Shown here: in pieces, positions 1-11,335 of the stretch
Numbering within the stretch: position 1 is the stretch's first letter
Layout of the letters: each line of letters starts with the position of its first letter
Assembly: GCA_963707955.1 (NCBI GenBank)
Contig: OY970176.1
Coordinates: 608,001-672,000 of the forward strand
Direction: 5' to 3'
Length of the DNA: 64,000 bases
Source of the DNA: Candidatus Bathyarchaeota archaeon
GTDB lineage: Archaea; Thermoproteota; Bathyarchaeia; Bathyarchaeales; Bathycorpusculaceae
Notes under the pieces: generated by a model
What the model was told of the DNA's origin: nothing
The model's database searches: none
The model's input: the letters and a program-made list of their open reading frames with translations, nothing else
Program-made: the position numbers and the translations under genes

Positions 1-77
1 GGTTCTCCTTCCTCAACGCTAACGAAGCGCGCGCAAGACTTAAGCGGTGAACCCGTCCACTTGAGAGTTGTGTTGTT

Positions 78-581
78 ATGAGTGAATCAAAAGAAAGCAG
101 AGCTGTTCCTTCAGGATTCCGCACAGTCACGCCCTATCTCGTGATCAACGGAGCCGCAAAGGCGATCGAGTTCTACAAGAAGGCTTTCAACGCCAAAGAA
201 CTCTCGAGAAACCCTCTTCCAGACGGAAGAATATTGAATGCGCGAATCAAGATCGGCGACTCGATAGTAATGTTGTCTGAGGAGTTCCCAGGTTCCGACG
301 TCAAATCACCGACCTCCCTTGGAGCCAGCACCGTGACGCTTCACATTTATTCGAAAGACGCGGAGAAACTGTGGAAACAGGCCATTTCTGCAGGAGCAAA
401 GGTAACGAGGCCGATGGAAAATCAATTCTGGGGAGAGCGATACGGACAGCTTGCCGATCCGTTTGGTCACCATTGGTCAATCTCGAAACAAGTCAAAATG
501 AGTGATAGAGAGATGGAGACTAAACGAAAGGCTTCATTCGCAATGTTCAAGCAAGATCATCATCCTGGAAAAACCGAGTAG
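78..581 (+). CDS. VOC/glyoxalase (PhnB-like) family protein
   Basis: TVTPYL...AIEFYKKAF and FWGERYGQLADPFGHHW motifs typical of PhnB-like VOC proteins. Confidence 0.88.
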   Translation: MSESKESRAVPSGFRTVTPYLVINGAAKAIEFYKKAFNAKELSRNPLPDGRILNARIKIGDSIVMLSEEFPGSDVKSPTSLGASTVTLHIYSKDAEKLWKQAISAGAKVTRPMENQFWGERYGQLADPFGHHWSISKQVKMSDREMETKRKASFAMFKQDHHPGKTE

Positions 582-857
582 ATCGCCTCTAACCAAGTCA
601 ATTGCGGGAAAACTTCCTGCCCCACATCTTCGATGGCTAAGGACCTTATGCGCGTGACTCCATGAAGACTGATTCAAGATTCTTTCGCGCACGCTACAGC
701 GAAACTTTTAAACTTTCTTCCTTATTTCCGTGCCTCATTTTCGATTTCCGTTTAACCAAGTGGTTAAAATTCGCCTTCAGCCATGCAACCACTCGCACGG
801 TCAAAAAGGCGAGAATCTCTCGCTAGTTCTGAAGTGATTTTTCGATGCGAAAGATGG

Positions 858-1157
858 CTATGTCCGTATTGCCTTGAAAGTTGCCTTTGGCACGTAATCG
901 AAGAATCTTTCGGTCGTATTGCCCAAGGTCCATTCTGCGCGGATTCTGGTCTTCTTCTCGACTTTACGCATCTCTGAGAGTAGCATGCGGTTTAGGTCTC
1001 TGGCGCTTTCTCCATTGAGTTCTGCGTTGACTTCGAATCCTTCGCTCAGGGGCTTGATAGTTCCTTCATTGCCTATGATTCGTTCAAGCACTGGTTTGAT
1101 CGCTGGTGGATTGTCACTGCTTATTCGTGCAGATAATTTGAACCTCTTATCAACCAT
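858..1157 (-). CDS. hypothetical protein (99 aa)
   Basis: ATG-started ORF with globular-protein-like composition; no recognised motif. Confidence 0.55.
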   Translation of the reverse strand: MVDKRFKLSARISSDNPPAIKPVLERIIGNEGTIKPLSEGFEVNAELNGESARDLNRMLLSEMRKVEKKTRIRAEWTLGNTTERFFDYVPKATFKAIRT

Positions 1158-1406
1158 AGTGTATCCAGACCTGAAATAGAGCTGGAAGTTCCAATATAAA
1201 AATCTGCATTGTAAAGGTCATCAGCCGTAGGAGAGACTATGACTCCACTATTTTGTGTAACCGAAGCAATTTGACGCGTGCGTAATCGATAGGAGCCAAA
1301 TCGAGCAGAGTCAACTGCGCCAACTCAGCATGGCATTGAAACAACAGATGCTAAAAGAAATCCGCGAACCCCAAGACGAAAAAAGTATGAATTCAAGCTT
1401 GAGCAA

Positions 1407-1430
1407 TGGTAGCCCGGGAGAGATTCAAAT
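1407..1430 (-). pseudogene. isolated tRNA 3' fragment (tRNA-Gln-like), possible att remnant
   Basis: Minus strand reads atttgaatctctcccgggctacca: degenerate T-loop plus acceptor 3' strand plus ACCA, with no 5' half. Confidence 0.45.
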
Positions 1431-1654
1431 ATCGGTTTAAAATATCAGGGGTAAGGCAAGAATATTAACCATTTTTCAAAATTATGCAAAGAATGAGCTT
1501 AAACCGAGTTTTAAACCTAACTCCCCTGCACTAAACTTTCTAGTTGACGTTTGGATTCTCGGTTTTAGACTTGAGAACTTTGGTAGAAATGCATGTGTTG
1601 AATCGTAAAAAAAAGGGACGTGTTTGAGGAAATCGCACCTATTCAGTTTCAGAC

Positions 1655-1732
1655 TGGTGGGGCTGCCCGGATTTGAACCGGGGTCACGAGCGCCCGAGGC
1701 TCATAGCCTAGACCAAGCTAGCCGACAGCCCC
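1655..1732 (-). tRNA. tRNA-Pro(CGG)
   Basis: Minus strand GGGGCTG...CAGCCCCACCA cloverleaf; anticodon arm TGAGC-CTCGGGC-GCTCG; T-loop GGTTCAAATCC; encoded CCA. Confidence 0.96.
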
Positions 1733-1827
1733 TTGAAGCTGAAACTCTCATTTCAGGCGAGAAAAATAAGTGTTCCTCAACGCCTTTAAACCCTTACTCC
1801 TAAATAATACGCTTACGGTTTCGAGGG

Positions 1828-4050
1828 TTGGAGAGAGAGTTGTCTGTTCCCCAACGGGTCCGCGGGGTCAGGATACTGAAGGCTGTCTCGTCACCTTTGA
1901 GGCTGCAGATTTTGAACTTGCTTTTTGACGAGGGCCCGCTTTCTTACACTGAACTGATGGGTTCTCTCAAGATGAACCCCAGCAGGGATGCTGGAAGGTT
2001 TGCGTACCACCTGAAATTCTTGCTCAAGGCGGACTTGATCGAAGCGGATGTCGAGGCGAGGAAGTATCGCTTAACCGAACTGGGGAAGATGGTCATTGAC
2101 GTTGCGGACAAAATTGATAAGAAAGCTTTCAAGCCGAGAAGTGCGCTTGTTCGGACGAGCCGTCTTGCACTTGAAGAGTTTGATGCTAACAAGATTGCGA
2201 GCTCGTTGACAAGAGAAGCGAAGATGCCTGCTGAGCTTGCGCAAAGAGTGGCCAAAGAAGCAGAGAAACAGCTGATTCGGGCAAGAACGAAGTATTTGAC
2301 TGCTCCACTCGTGAGAGAAGTCGTGAACGCGATCTTGATAGAGAAAGGCTTGGAAGAGTATCGACACAAGCTTACACGGTTGGGAATACCTGTTCACGAC
2401 GTGACCAGTCTTTTAGAATCGAGGAACATAACCCCTCACGAAACGGTCTCAGCGCAGGAATCAGCTGGTGAAACAGTCTTCAAGGAGTACACGCTGCTGA
2501 ACATTCTCCCAAGAGACGTTTCAGATGCTCACTTGTCAGGTTCCTTACACCTCAACGGCTTAAGCTCATGGATCCTGAAGCCTAATGAAATAATGCACGA
2601 CCTCCGATTCTTTTTAGGAAACGGCTTAGACCTGGAGAGAATTGACCCGCTGCAACAGTCCCAACCTGCACCTCAGAACTTTCAGGCCGCGCTTTCTTTA
2701 ACTTTCAACGTTCTTCTGCACAGCGCTAAAGAAGTCGACACCATGCAGACACTCGACTACTTCAACGTGTTCCTAGCCCCATTCGCCAAGGATGCTGAAA
2801 CCTCTAAGGTCAAAGAAGCTTTGCGGTTGTTCACTGCAAGCTTGGCTCAGCACGCACATGTTTCTCTAGGCCTGGAGCTGACTGTTCCAGACTTCTTGGC
2901 TGAGAAGCAAGCCGTGGGTCCTGGTGGAAAGCCTATCGGCACTTACGCAGATTTCACTGAACAGGTCCAGCTTTTGGCATCTCTCTTGCTTGAGGTCTTC
3001 GCTGAAGAGGGTAGCCGTAAGCCGCTGACGGACCCGGAGCTTGTCCTGAAAATCCGCGCAGAAACCACCTCGAATGAAAGAGCAAAAGCGTTGCTGCTGA
3101 AAGCTCACAGCCTAGCTTCAGAAAGAGGCGTTCTATACTTTGCCAACGCGCTCAAGAAGGAGAGGAAACATTCCGTTTTTTCTTCATCAGGGCTTGTGCT
3201 CGACACAGATTTGAGCGGTGACTGGGAAATTGACACGTTGCGCACAGGGTGTCTCGGAGTCGTAACGATCAATGTTCCGCGAATCGCGTATGAATCGTGC
3301 AGAGACCAGACAAAATTCCTTGAAATCCTAAAGGAAAGGATTGAGATGGCAGACAGGGCGCTAGAAATCAAACATAGGGCCCTGACGCATCGCGGCAAGA
3401 ATCTGCTGCCGTTTATCATGCAGGGCGGCAGTGGAGACCAATACTTCAGACTTGAAAGCTGTTCTCGCATAATAAACTTGGCGGGGTTGAAACAGGGTGC
3501 TGAGATGTTCTGTGAAAAAAGTGCTGGCGACGAAAAGACATTAGCCTTCTCAGCGGAAATCGCACGAGACGTTTCAGTCTACGTTCAGAAGATCGGCAGA
3601 AGACGCGGAAAACGCTTGTCCGCTGCGATGCTTCCCAACTGCGAAGCTTCTAAGAGACTGGCCCAGATGGACATCGAAAGGTACGGAGTTGCGAAAGTGA
3701 AGTTTTCAGGCGTGAGAGAGAAGCCTTTCTACTCCACTGCCAACCGAATACCGATTACCGGCGGAAGGGTCGCAGAAGAATCGTTGACGTTTGAAGATAA
3801 GCTGGCCGAAGCGCATGTTGGTGGAAGCCTAACGGTCGTCGACCTTGGCGAGAGCAAGCATGAGCCTGAAGAGCTTATGGCAATTACTAGACAGCTCACT
3901 GAAGGTCACAACGTAGACGTCTTCACTTATGACCGCAAACTCACCTATTGCGTCAGCTGCAAGAAAAGCTGGTTTGGCCTACTGCACAAGTGCCCCTCAT
4001 GCGGAGCGGTGGGAACGTTAGCCTTCCTTGACAGGTTCATGGGCACGTGA
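1828..4050 (+). CDS. ArsR-type wHTH + ATP-cone + class III (anaerobic) ribonucleotide reductase-like fusion, probably catalytically degenerate
   Basis: N-terminal SSPLRLQILNLL...LSYTELM...FAYHLKFL HTH; ATP cone (VRTSRLALEEFDANKIASSL...TAPLVREVV); NrdD-like HDLRFF, DTLRTG, TINVPRIAY and C-terminal CxxC...CxxC. Confidence 0.85.
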   Translation: MERELSVPQRVRGVRILKAVSSPLRLQILNLLFDEGPLSYTELMGSLKMNPSRDAGRFAYHLKFLLKADLIEADVEARKYRLTELGKMVIDVADKIDKKAFKPRSALVRTSRLALEEFDANKIASSLTREAKMPAELAQRVAKEAEKQLIRARTKYLTAPLVREVVNAILIEKGLEEYRHKLTRLGIPVHDVTSLLESRNITPHETVSAQESAGETVFKEYTLLNILPRDVSDAHLSGSLHLNGLSSWILKPNEIMHDLRFFLGNGLDLERIDPLQQSQPAPQNFQAALSLTFNVLLHSAKEVDTMQTLDYFNVFLAPFAKDAETSKVKEALRLFTASLAQHAHVSLGLELTVPDFLAEKQAVGPGGKPIGTYADFTEQVQLLASLLLEVFAEEGSRKPLTDPELVLKIRAETTSNERAKALLLKAHSLASERGVLYFANALKKERKHSVFSSSGLVLDTDLSGDWEIDTLRTGCLGVVTINVPRIAYESCRDQTKFLEILKERIEMADRALEIKHRALTHRGKNLLPFIMQGGSGDQYFRLESCSRIINLAGLKQGAEMFCEKSAGDEKTLAFSAEIARDVSVYVQKIGRRRGKRLSAAMLPNCEASKRLAQMDIERYGVAKVKFSGVREKPFYSTANRIPITGGRVAEESLTFEDKLAEAHVGGSLTVVDLGESKHEPEELMAITRQLTEGHNVDVFTYDRKLTYCVSCKKSWFGLLHKCPSCGAVGTLAFLDRFMGT

Positions 4051-4072
4051 TCTGAAAAGAGAGAGCAGTCTG

Positions 4073-5020
<948 letters not shown>

Positions 5021-5224
5021 CTACTAGATAAGAATTTGTGGCACTCCTTCTAGCGTGCGCTAGCGCAAATCGACATACCCACTTCATCTTGCGGCTTCAG
5101 AAAACACGTAAAGAATTTGGCGGTTTTCTTCTCTATTCACGCAGAGAAAAGTCTCACTCTGCCAAGGATTAAAGTCTTTTATCTGCGGTTGTGGTATTAC
5201 CGTTTTCTTAGAAGGGAATTTCGA

Positions 5225-5695
5225 ATGACCGAGACTGAGCTGAGGGTTTCAAAGATCAAGGATGGCACAGTTATTGATCACATAACGAGAGGACACGCGT
5301 TGGACGTTGTCAAGATTCTGGGCATCACAGGAAACGACAAGGGCCCTATCACGATCGCCATTAATGTTCCGAGTAAACGGTTAAGGACGAAGGACATCGT
5401 CAAGATAGAGGGCAGGGAATTGAAGCCGCAGGAAGTTCACAAGATCGCTTTGATCGCGCCGCATGCTAGCATTAACATCATTCGAGGCTACAAAGTTGTA
5501 AAAAAGGAAGAGGTGAAGCTGCCAAAAGTCATTGACGACATTATCAAGTGCGCCAACCCAGCTTGCATAAGCAACAGCAATGAGCCTGTTAAAGCCAGGT
5601 TCTACGTTGAATGCGAGGAACCGCTGTTATTGAAGTGCCACTACTGTGGCTACATCGTCGAAAAGAAAGATGTGTTGCAGCAGTTTTGGTATTAG
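5225..5695 (+). CDS. pyrI: aspartate carbamoyltransferase regulatory subunit
   Basis: LRVSKIKDGTVIDHI, KDIVKIEG, Zn-binding CANPACIS...CHYC; ATG at 5225. Confidence 0.96.
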   Translation: MTETELRVSKIKDGTVIDHITRGHALDVVKILGITGNDKGPITIAINVPSKRLRTKDIVKIEGRELKPQEVHKIALIAPHASINIIRGYKVVKKEEVKLPKVIDDIIKCANPACISNSNEPVKARFYVECEEPLLLKCHYCGYIVEKKDVLQQFWY

Positions 5696-5814
5696 TGTTG
5701 AACAATTGGACTGGCGAAATGTTTATATCGTAAGATAGCATATTCTATAACTAGATATGTCCGCTCTGGGACATATTGTATCCGTGCAGAACAGAAATAC
5801 ACGTGGTGAAAAAC

Positions 5815-6153
5815 ATGATTGAAATGTTCACGTCCAACCTGTGGATAATCGCGCCCAGCCTCTGGGCGTGTTTCATAGCCTATGTAATCTGGTACTCTGC
5901 AAGAGCGAAGGATTACGCCCCCATAACGCCTACAGAAGCCAGACAACTCTGGGTCATTCATCAGCAAGACTCCCACTGCAGCAGCAAAAAATGGCGACAA
6001 CTGAGAAAACGAGGCATAACAGTAGGCTTCGAATGCGGTTGCGGCCACAAGTACACGCAGCTACGTCCGATCGTGGCCCACCTGCCTTCAACGGCGGTTC
6101 AGCTGCAGACCGCGACGCTGAACACCGCAGAGCCTCCAAACAAGACCTCGTAG
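5815..6153 (+). CDS. small membrane-anchored protein with putative Zn-binding His/Cys motif
   Basis: N-terminal hydrophobic helix, then WVIH...C...FECGCGH. Confidence 0.6.
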   Translation: MIEMFTSNLWIIAPSLWACFIAYVIWYSARAKDYAPITPTEARQLWVIHQQDSHCSSKKWRQLRKRGITVGFECGCGHKYTQLRPIVAHLPSTAVQLQTATLNTAEPPNKTS

Positions 6154-6176
6154 GACTCTGAATCGGCAACCTTGGT

Positions 6177-6617
6177 TCACTTGATTTGATTACGGGCCAA
6201 CCGAAATAGCTCTTCGAAGTAGACCTTTCCCAACAGCTTGCCTCTGCCTATTCCTGGACATTCCTTCGTGGAAGAAAAAACGAGCCTCCCGTTTCGTAGT
6301 GTTCTTAACTGGAACGGATAGTATCGGCAGACGAGCGGTCTCGAAGCGTATATGATACATGTGTCCTTTTCAAGAAATAGACACTTACCGCTTATGCTCT
6401 TTCTCATCTCATAGACGTAGGGTTCGCGGCCTTCGGTTCTGCACGCGAAATCTTCAACGGGCCTTGAGGTTGTTTCAGAGATCCTCTGCGCCTCCTTTTT
6501 CAACAAGAGAATGTGCCTAGCCCTCGCTTCTGCATCGCCGCAGCACAGCCCACATCTCGTGCATTGAAATCGGACGTTCTTCGGGTAGGCGAAGTTCGTG
6601 TGAGTTCTAGACATCAA
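6177..6617 (-). CDS. YkgJ family cysteine-cluster (CxxCxxCC) protein
   Basis: FQCTRCGLCC, CLFL...CIIYASRPLVCRYYPF, ECPGIG. Confidence 0.9.
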   Translation of the reverse strand: MMSRTHTNFAYPKNVRFQCTRCGLCCGDAEARARHILLLKKEAQRISETTSRPVEDFACRTEGREPYVYEMRKSISGKCLFLEKDTCIIYASRPLVCRYYPFQLRTLRNGRLVFSSTKECPGIGRGKLLGKVYFEELFRLARNQIK

Positions 6618-6900
6618 CCAATGATGCAGGAAGCTAGGGGTAAAAACTCTTGTGCTTTAAGCTTTGATTCTCGGTTCTAACATGTCGCATTCAGAGCTTT
6701 TTCGAACCAGGCTGGCTTTCTTTTCCTCCGAGTCCACTTTCACTGCAGCTAATTCTGAACTAATGATTCAAGCTTCTTTCGTTTTGCGGTCTCTAACGTG
6801 CTGCTTTCCTGCTTCTTTTGAGTCATTTCCAGTTCGTGTATTCGGGTCGCTATTACCCCAAATGTTATTTACTTTTTCAGCTGATTAGGATTCGCAGGAT

Positions 6901-7395
6901 GTGGGCTACGTGGATCCAAGAACCCTTATGGAATACAGCCACGTGCTTAGGAATCGATACTTGGAACAGCTCGCCACACTTCCTTGGGAGGAGGTTGTGA
7001 AGAGCCGTGGAGCCAGCTTTGATTCCTTGAGGAATATTCTTTTGCACACGCTTGACGCTGAAGATAGGATGGTCAACTACGCCATCCCTGGTCGTGTGAA
7101 AGACTGGGTTTCACGGAGCCCAGAAGATTTTCAGGACATAGCTTCCGTCCGAAAGCGCATGAAAGAGGTTGAATCAAAGACTAACGCCTATGTCGCAAAG
7201 ATAACTCCTGCCGAGCTTGAAAGAAAAGTGGAATACTCGAGGCCAGGAATGCCACCTCTAACAGTGCGAGTGGAGGACATTCTGATTCATGTTGTTCTTG
7301 AAAGCATACACCACTTCGGCGAGCTGATCGCGCTCCTGTGGCAAATCGACGCAGAACCACCTCACATGGGTTGGATAACCTACCTCCAGAGATAA
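6901..7395 (+). CDS. DinB/YfiT family protein
   Basis: SLRNILLH...E and HVVLESIHHFGEL metal-binding helical motifs. Confidence 0.85.
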   Translation: MGYVDPRTLMEYSHVLRNRYLEQLATLPWEEVVKSRGASFDSLRNILLHTLDAEDRMVNYAIPGRVKDWVSRSPEDFQDIASVRKRMKEVESKTNAYVAKITPAELERKVEYSRPGMPPLTVRVEDILIHVVLESIHHFGELIALLWQIDAEPPHMGWITYLQR

Positions 7396-7546
7396 CCTCT
7401 CCACAGCTCGTAGAATCAGCAAATTTCGCGCGGTCTAAACGAGTTTCTGAGAATCATCAAAACAATCGGTGAGAGCTTGTTGACTTGAGCGAGGCTCAAG
7501 GAATGTGAGAGTCGATGGGAGCAAAGCCACGTTTAGGTTGCTTGTG

Positions 7547-8728
7547 CTAGATTTTGTTGAAGGCCTGCTCCAAGTCGGCGATGATGTCCTCTGGGTCTTC
7601 TATTCCCAGAGCCAACCTGATCAGCTGATCCGTTATCCCTGCTTTTTTTCGGTCTTCAACGCTGACGAAGTAGTGCGACGCCGTGACGGGCTGAGTGACC
7701 AGCGTTTCGGTTCCTCCGAGGCTGGAGGCTAAAGAACAAAGTTTCAGGTTTTCCACGAACTTCGCAGTCGTCTCAAAGTCTCTGTCGATTTCGAAGCTGA
7801 CGACTCCGCCGAAGCCCGTCATCTGCCGCTTGGCAATTGCGTGCTGAGGGTGACTTTCAAGGCCTGGATAGTGCACGGTTTTGACTTTTGGATGTCCTTC
7901 AAGATACGTTGCCACTTTGATGCCGTTGGAGTTGTGCCTCTCCATTCGCAAGCCCAGAGTCTTTAATCCACGTAGTAGTAGCCAAGCGGCGAGGGGATCA
8001 AGAGTTCCGCCTAAGCTTTTGCGCGTTTTTTTCAGTTCTTGCACAAACCTTTCTGAACCGCACACGACTCCAGCGGTCACGTCGTTGTGCCCACACAGGT
8101 ATTTCGTGGCGCTGTGGACCACGACGTCGACGCCTAGCTCCGTAGGCTTCGTGTTGTACGGAGAAGCGAAGGTGCTGTCAACGACAACCGTGGCTCCTTT
8201 CTCTTTTCCGATCTTGGCGACCGCGGATAAATCCGCAACCTTAAGCGTAGGATTGGTCGGGGTTTCAGCGTAAATGACCTTTGTGTTGCTTCGAGTGGCA
8301 GATCTTATTTCATCCAGATCTGTTGCGTCCACCAAAGTCGTTTCCACGCCGAATTTCGGCAAGACCTTGTTGAAGAATTCCAAAGTTCCACCGTACAAGT
8401 CCCTAGTGGAGACAACGTGGTCACCTGACGAGACGAGCGTGAAAAACGTTGTCGCAATGGCGGCCATGCCGGAAGAGAAAACCGCTGCGTCTTCACTCTG
8501 TTCAAGCTCAGCCATCTTGTCCTCAACACTTCTAGTCGTCGGATTCCCATACCTAGTGTAAACATACCCTTCGGCCTTCTCGCCCATAACGTCCACTAGC
8601 TGCTTCGTGCTAGAAAACGCGAACACGGATGTCTCATAGATCGGCTCGACAACAGCTCCCGAGGAAGAACCTCGCTTATCCCCCGCATGAACCGCTTTGG
8701 TTGAAAAACCCATACCTTTTGAAACCAA
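7547..8728 (-). CDS. Cys/Met metabolism PLP-dependent enzyme (cystathionine gamma-synthase / methionine gamma-lyase family)
   Basis: YTRYGNPT, FSSGMAA, ETPTNPTL, DSTFASP, HSATKYLCGH (PLP lysine), SLGGTETL. Confidence 0.93.
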   Translation of the reverse strand: MVSKGMGFSTKAVHAGDKRGSSSGAVVEPIYETSVFAFSSTKQLVDVMGEKAEGYVYTRYGNPTTRSVEDKMAELEQSEDAAVFSSGMAAIATTFFTLVSSGDHVVSTRDLYGGTLEFFNKVLPKFGVETTLVDATDLDEIRSATRSNTKVIYAETPTNPTLKVADLSAVAKIGKEKGATVVVDSTFASPYNTKPTELGVDVVVHSATKYLCGHNDVTAGVVCGSERFVQELKKTRKSLGGTLDPLAAWLLLRGLKTLGLRMERHNSNGIKVATYLEGHPKVKTVHYPGLESHPQHAIAKRQMTGFGGVVSFEIDRDFETTAKFVENLKLCSLASSLGGTETLVTQPVTASHYFVSVEDRKKAGITDQLIRLALGIEDPEDIIADLEQAFNKI

Positions 8729-9028
8729 CTTATCACCTATTCAAACAATAATGAAGGAAACAATTTTACTTTTTCCCCAGCGTCCGTGTTGCCCAGATAC
8801 TCCAGTTACGCACCAAGAGATTCCGGGCCTTTGGATCGTACCGAAAACGCCAGTACATGCCGGCAACATGCGCGCCTATCGTAGACTAGTTTGGGACGCT
8901 GTTCATATTTGGCTCCAAATATTCATGGTACATTGAAACCGAGGAGGGGTACCCGACACGAGCTCACGTTCATACTCATGCAAAAAAGACTCACCGCGCG
9001 CGCTTAATTTTGGTCACGGATAGTGTTG

Positions 9029-9105
9029 TGGCGCCGCCGATAGGACTTGAACCTATGACCGACTGGTTAACAGCCAGCCGCTCTACCTAGCTGAGCTACG
9101 GCGGC
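9029..9105 (-). tRNA. tRNA-Asn(GTT)
   Basis: Minus strand GCCGCCGTAGCTCAG...CTGG-CTGTTAA-CCAG...GGTTCAAGTCC...CGGCGGCGCCA. Confidence 0.96.
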
Positions 9106-9158
9106 ACTTTTAGAGGATTACAAGTTTTGGGTTTGCAGCGGTATTTAAGGTTAGTTGT

Positions 9159-10636
9159 CTACGACTTTATGTTGATGCCGGCCTGTTTAGCCTTGTACTT
9201 TGCTATGAGCATGAAGAGCTTGTAGAATGGTCTGACGGCGTAGCCTTTCCAGCCTTCGGAAAAAGATATGCCGATCAGGTCGTCAATCCAGTGGAAGTCG
9301 TGCTGCACGCACTTCGTCAGCAGCTGTTCATGCATTTTCGTCATCTTCGTTTCTCTGAACCAGTCCTCGTCTTTCAGCCTGCCCATCGGCACAAAAAACA
9401 GTGGCACGATGAGGCTTCTGCAGTCTCTCACGTCGTCGAGCAGTTCCATCGTTTTGATGAGGTCGTCTTCGGTCTCCTCTGGAACGCCGACGATGAGTGT
9501 GCACGCTGGAACAAGCATGTTGTCATGCATCAAACCCATACCTGTGCGGGCGACTTCTGGCCATTCTTGAGGCTTGAAGGGGTGAGCTTTCGCGGGCATG
9601 ACCTTGGTTGCAAGTTCTGCTGACCCTGTTTCAAGCCCTATTTCAACTCCCCACCAACGCTGTTTCTGCCTTATGCTTCCGGCCACCTGTGCGAAAACTT
9701 CGGCTTGGCTGCCACCGCCGCGAGGGAACAGTGGCTCCAAGCTATTCCGTCACACTTTTTGAGGACTGCTTCGTGCAGTTTGAGGAGTTTCTCATCGTCT
9801 GGCAGAGCGGTTTTTGAACCGTAGAGCATGACATCGTCTTCGTGGAGAATGACTCCTCTGTTCCCAGCGTTCAGGTTCACGTCTACTTCTTCGAGTATTT
9901 TCTTGATTGGGAACCACCTCAACGGTCTCAGTGTCACGCTGCAGAACTTGCAGCCTCTGCAGCATCCGCGACCGATCTCCACTAATCCGTTGATTGAAGC
10001 GTTGACGATGTTCGGTATCTCTTCGAGGCGCGGCGTCTCTCCCACGCTGACCTCATAATTCGCTGGAAGGGTTTCACCGTTCATGGCGGCCTTGAAGATC
10101 TTTCCAACAACATTTTCAGCTTCTCCCTCGATTATGCAGTCTATACCGTATTTCTCAACGAACTTCGGCCTGTAGTTAAGCTGCCAGACACCCGGACCGC
10201 CCACGATGATTCTCAAGCCGCGCTTCTTGGCTTCCCTGACTTCAGGAAGTTCAAAAAGATGGCGGAAATACTGTGCCAGGAACGGCTCTTTCTTCAGAAC
10301 GGACGCAAGAGTGCTCGACGCGGGTCCCAGACCGAAAGGGTCCATAACGTGTATCCCAAGGACCCTCGCCTTGTGAATCCACGGGCCGAGATGGTCCGGC
10401 GTAACAGTTATCACTTTGAAGCCTTCCTTCAAGAGCTGGGCCTCGATTTTTCTCAACCCATACGGCGCGGAAACAGGCCTGCCGCCTTCCGTCTTGATTG
10501 GCGGAAAGAACAGTCGCCGATAAATGAAGTCTGGAACAAAGTTTGGTGGAGCACAGGTTCCGAAACCTAGAAACTCGTTCTCACGGTAATCGCTCATCAA
10601 CGTGCTGTCAGCAGTTAATACCACTGTGTCCTCCAA
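9159..10636 (-). CDS. radical SAM protein (B12-binding-like N-terminus), split by a 1-bp frameshift near 9697
   Basis: CCRGCKFC (CxxxCxxC), IVGGPG and GLETGS motifs lie on two overlapping ORFs; adding one C gives the continuous AAKPKLFAQV. Confidence 0.85.
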
Positions 10637-10768
10637 ACTTGCCCTCTCCAAAGTTCTCGTCACGCTTTTACTAAGATGTCTTCTTAGACCTTTAATTCTT
10701 CCGTTCCTGCCTAGAAAAGTGTATATCTTCCGTGACGCAATTAGGCTGAAAGACCATTGGAGAGAAAG

Positions 10769-11335
10769 ATGTTGCAGAAACTCTTGGAAGTCAGATGGCA
10801 CGGCAGAGGCGGCCAAGGAGCATGGACAGCGAGTGAACTCTTCGCCCGAGCGGCCATCGCTGAAGGAAAGTACATTCAATCTTTCCCAGAGTTTGGCCCT
10901 GAAAGGATGGGCGCACCCGTGACGGCCTTCACAAGAATAAGCACTGAGCCCATAAGGCTGCACTGCGCAGTCTACAACCCGGACGTTGTAGCCGTCTTAG
11001 ACCCGACGTTGCTCAAGACGGTTAAGGTTGCAGAAGGACTGAGCGACGAAGGCGGAAACATCATAGTTAACTCAAAGGAAACTCCATCCGACGTGAGAAA
11101 GGCACTGAACACAGACAGGGGAAAGGTCTGGACTGTTCCAGCATCGGAGATTTCGATGAAGATCCTGGGCTTGCCCATAACCAACACGGCGATGCTCGGA
11201 GCCGTGGCCCGCGTAACTGGGATAGTCAATTTGGAAACCGTCGAGAGAATGATCAGAGAACGTTTCAGACCAGACGTTGCTGAGAAAAACTTCGCGGTCG
11301 TAAAGGAGGCTTACCAGGAGGTAAAATCTGAATGA
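10769..11335 (+). CDS. porC: pyruvate/2-oxoacid:ferredoxin oxidoreductase gamma subunit
   Basis: EVRWHGRGGQG, FGPERMGAPV, NTAMLGA. Confidence 0.93.
   Translation: MLQKLLEVRWHGRGGQGAWTASELFARAAIAEGKYIQSFPEFGPERMGAPVTAFTRISTEPIRLHCAVYNPDVVAVLDPTLLKTVKVAEGLSDEGGNIIVNSKETPSDVRKALNTDRGKVWTVPASEISMKILGLPITNTAMLGAVARVTGIVNLETVERMIRERFRPDVAEKNFAVVKEAYQEVKSE

Noticed and set aside
9690-9700. Programmed frameshifting in the radical SAM or ATPase genes
   Set aside because: No slippery heptamer or stimulatory structure; each junction needs one specific missing base, favouring sequence error
9671-10963. 430-aa ORF as given in the track
   Set aside because: Its first ~109 codons overlap porC and the spacer on the opposite strand; the real start is near 10636 and the C-terminus continues in another frame
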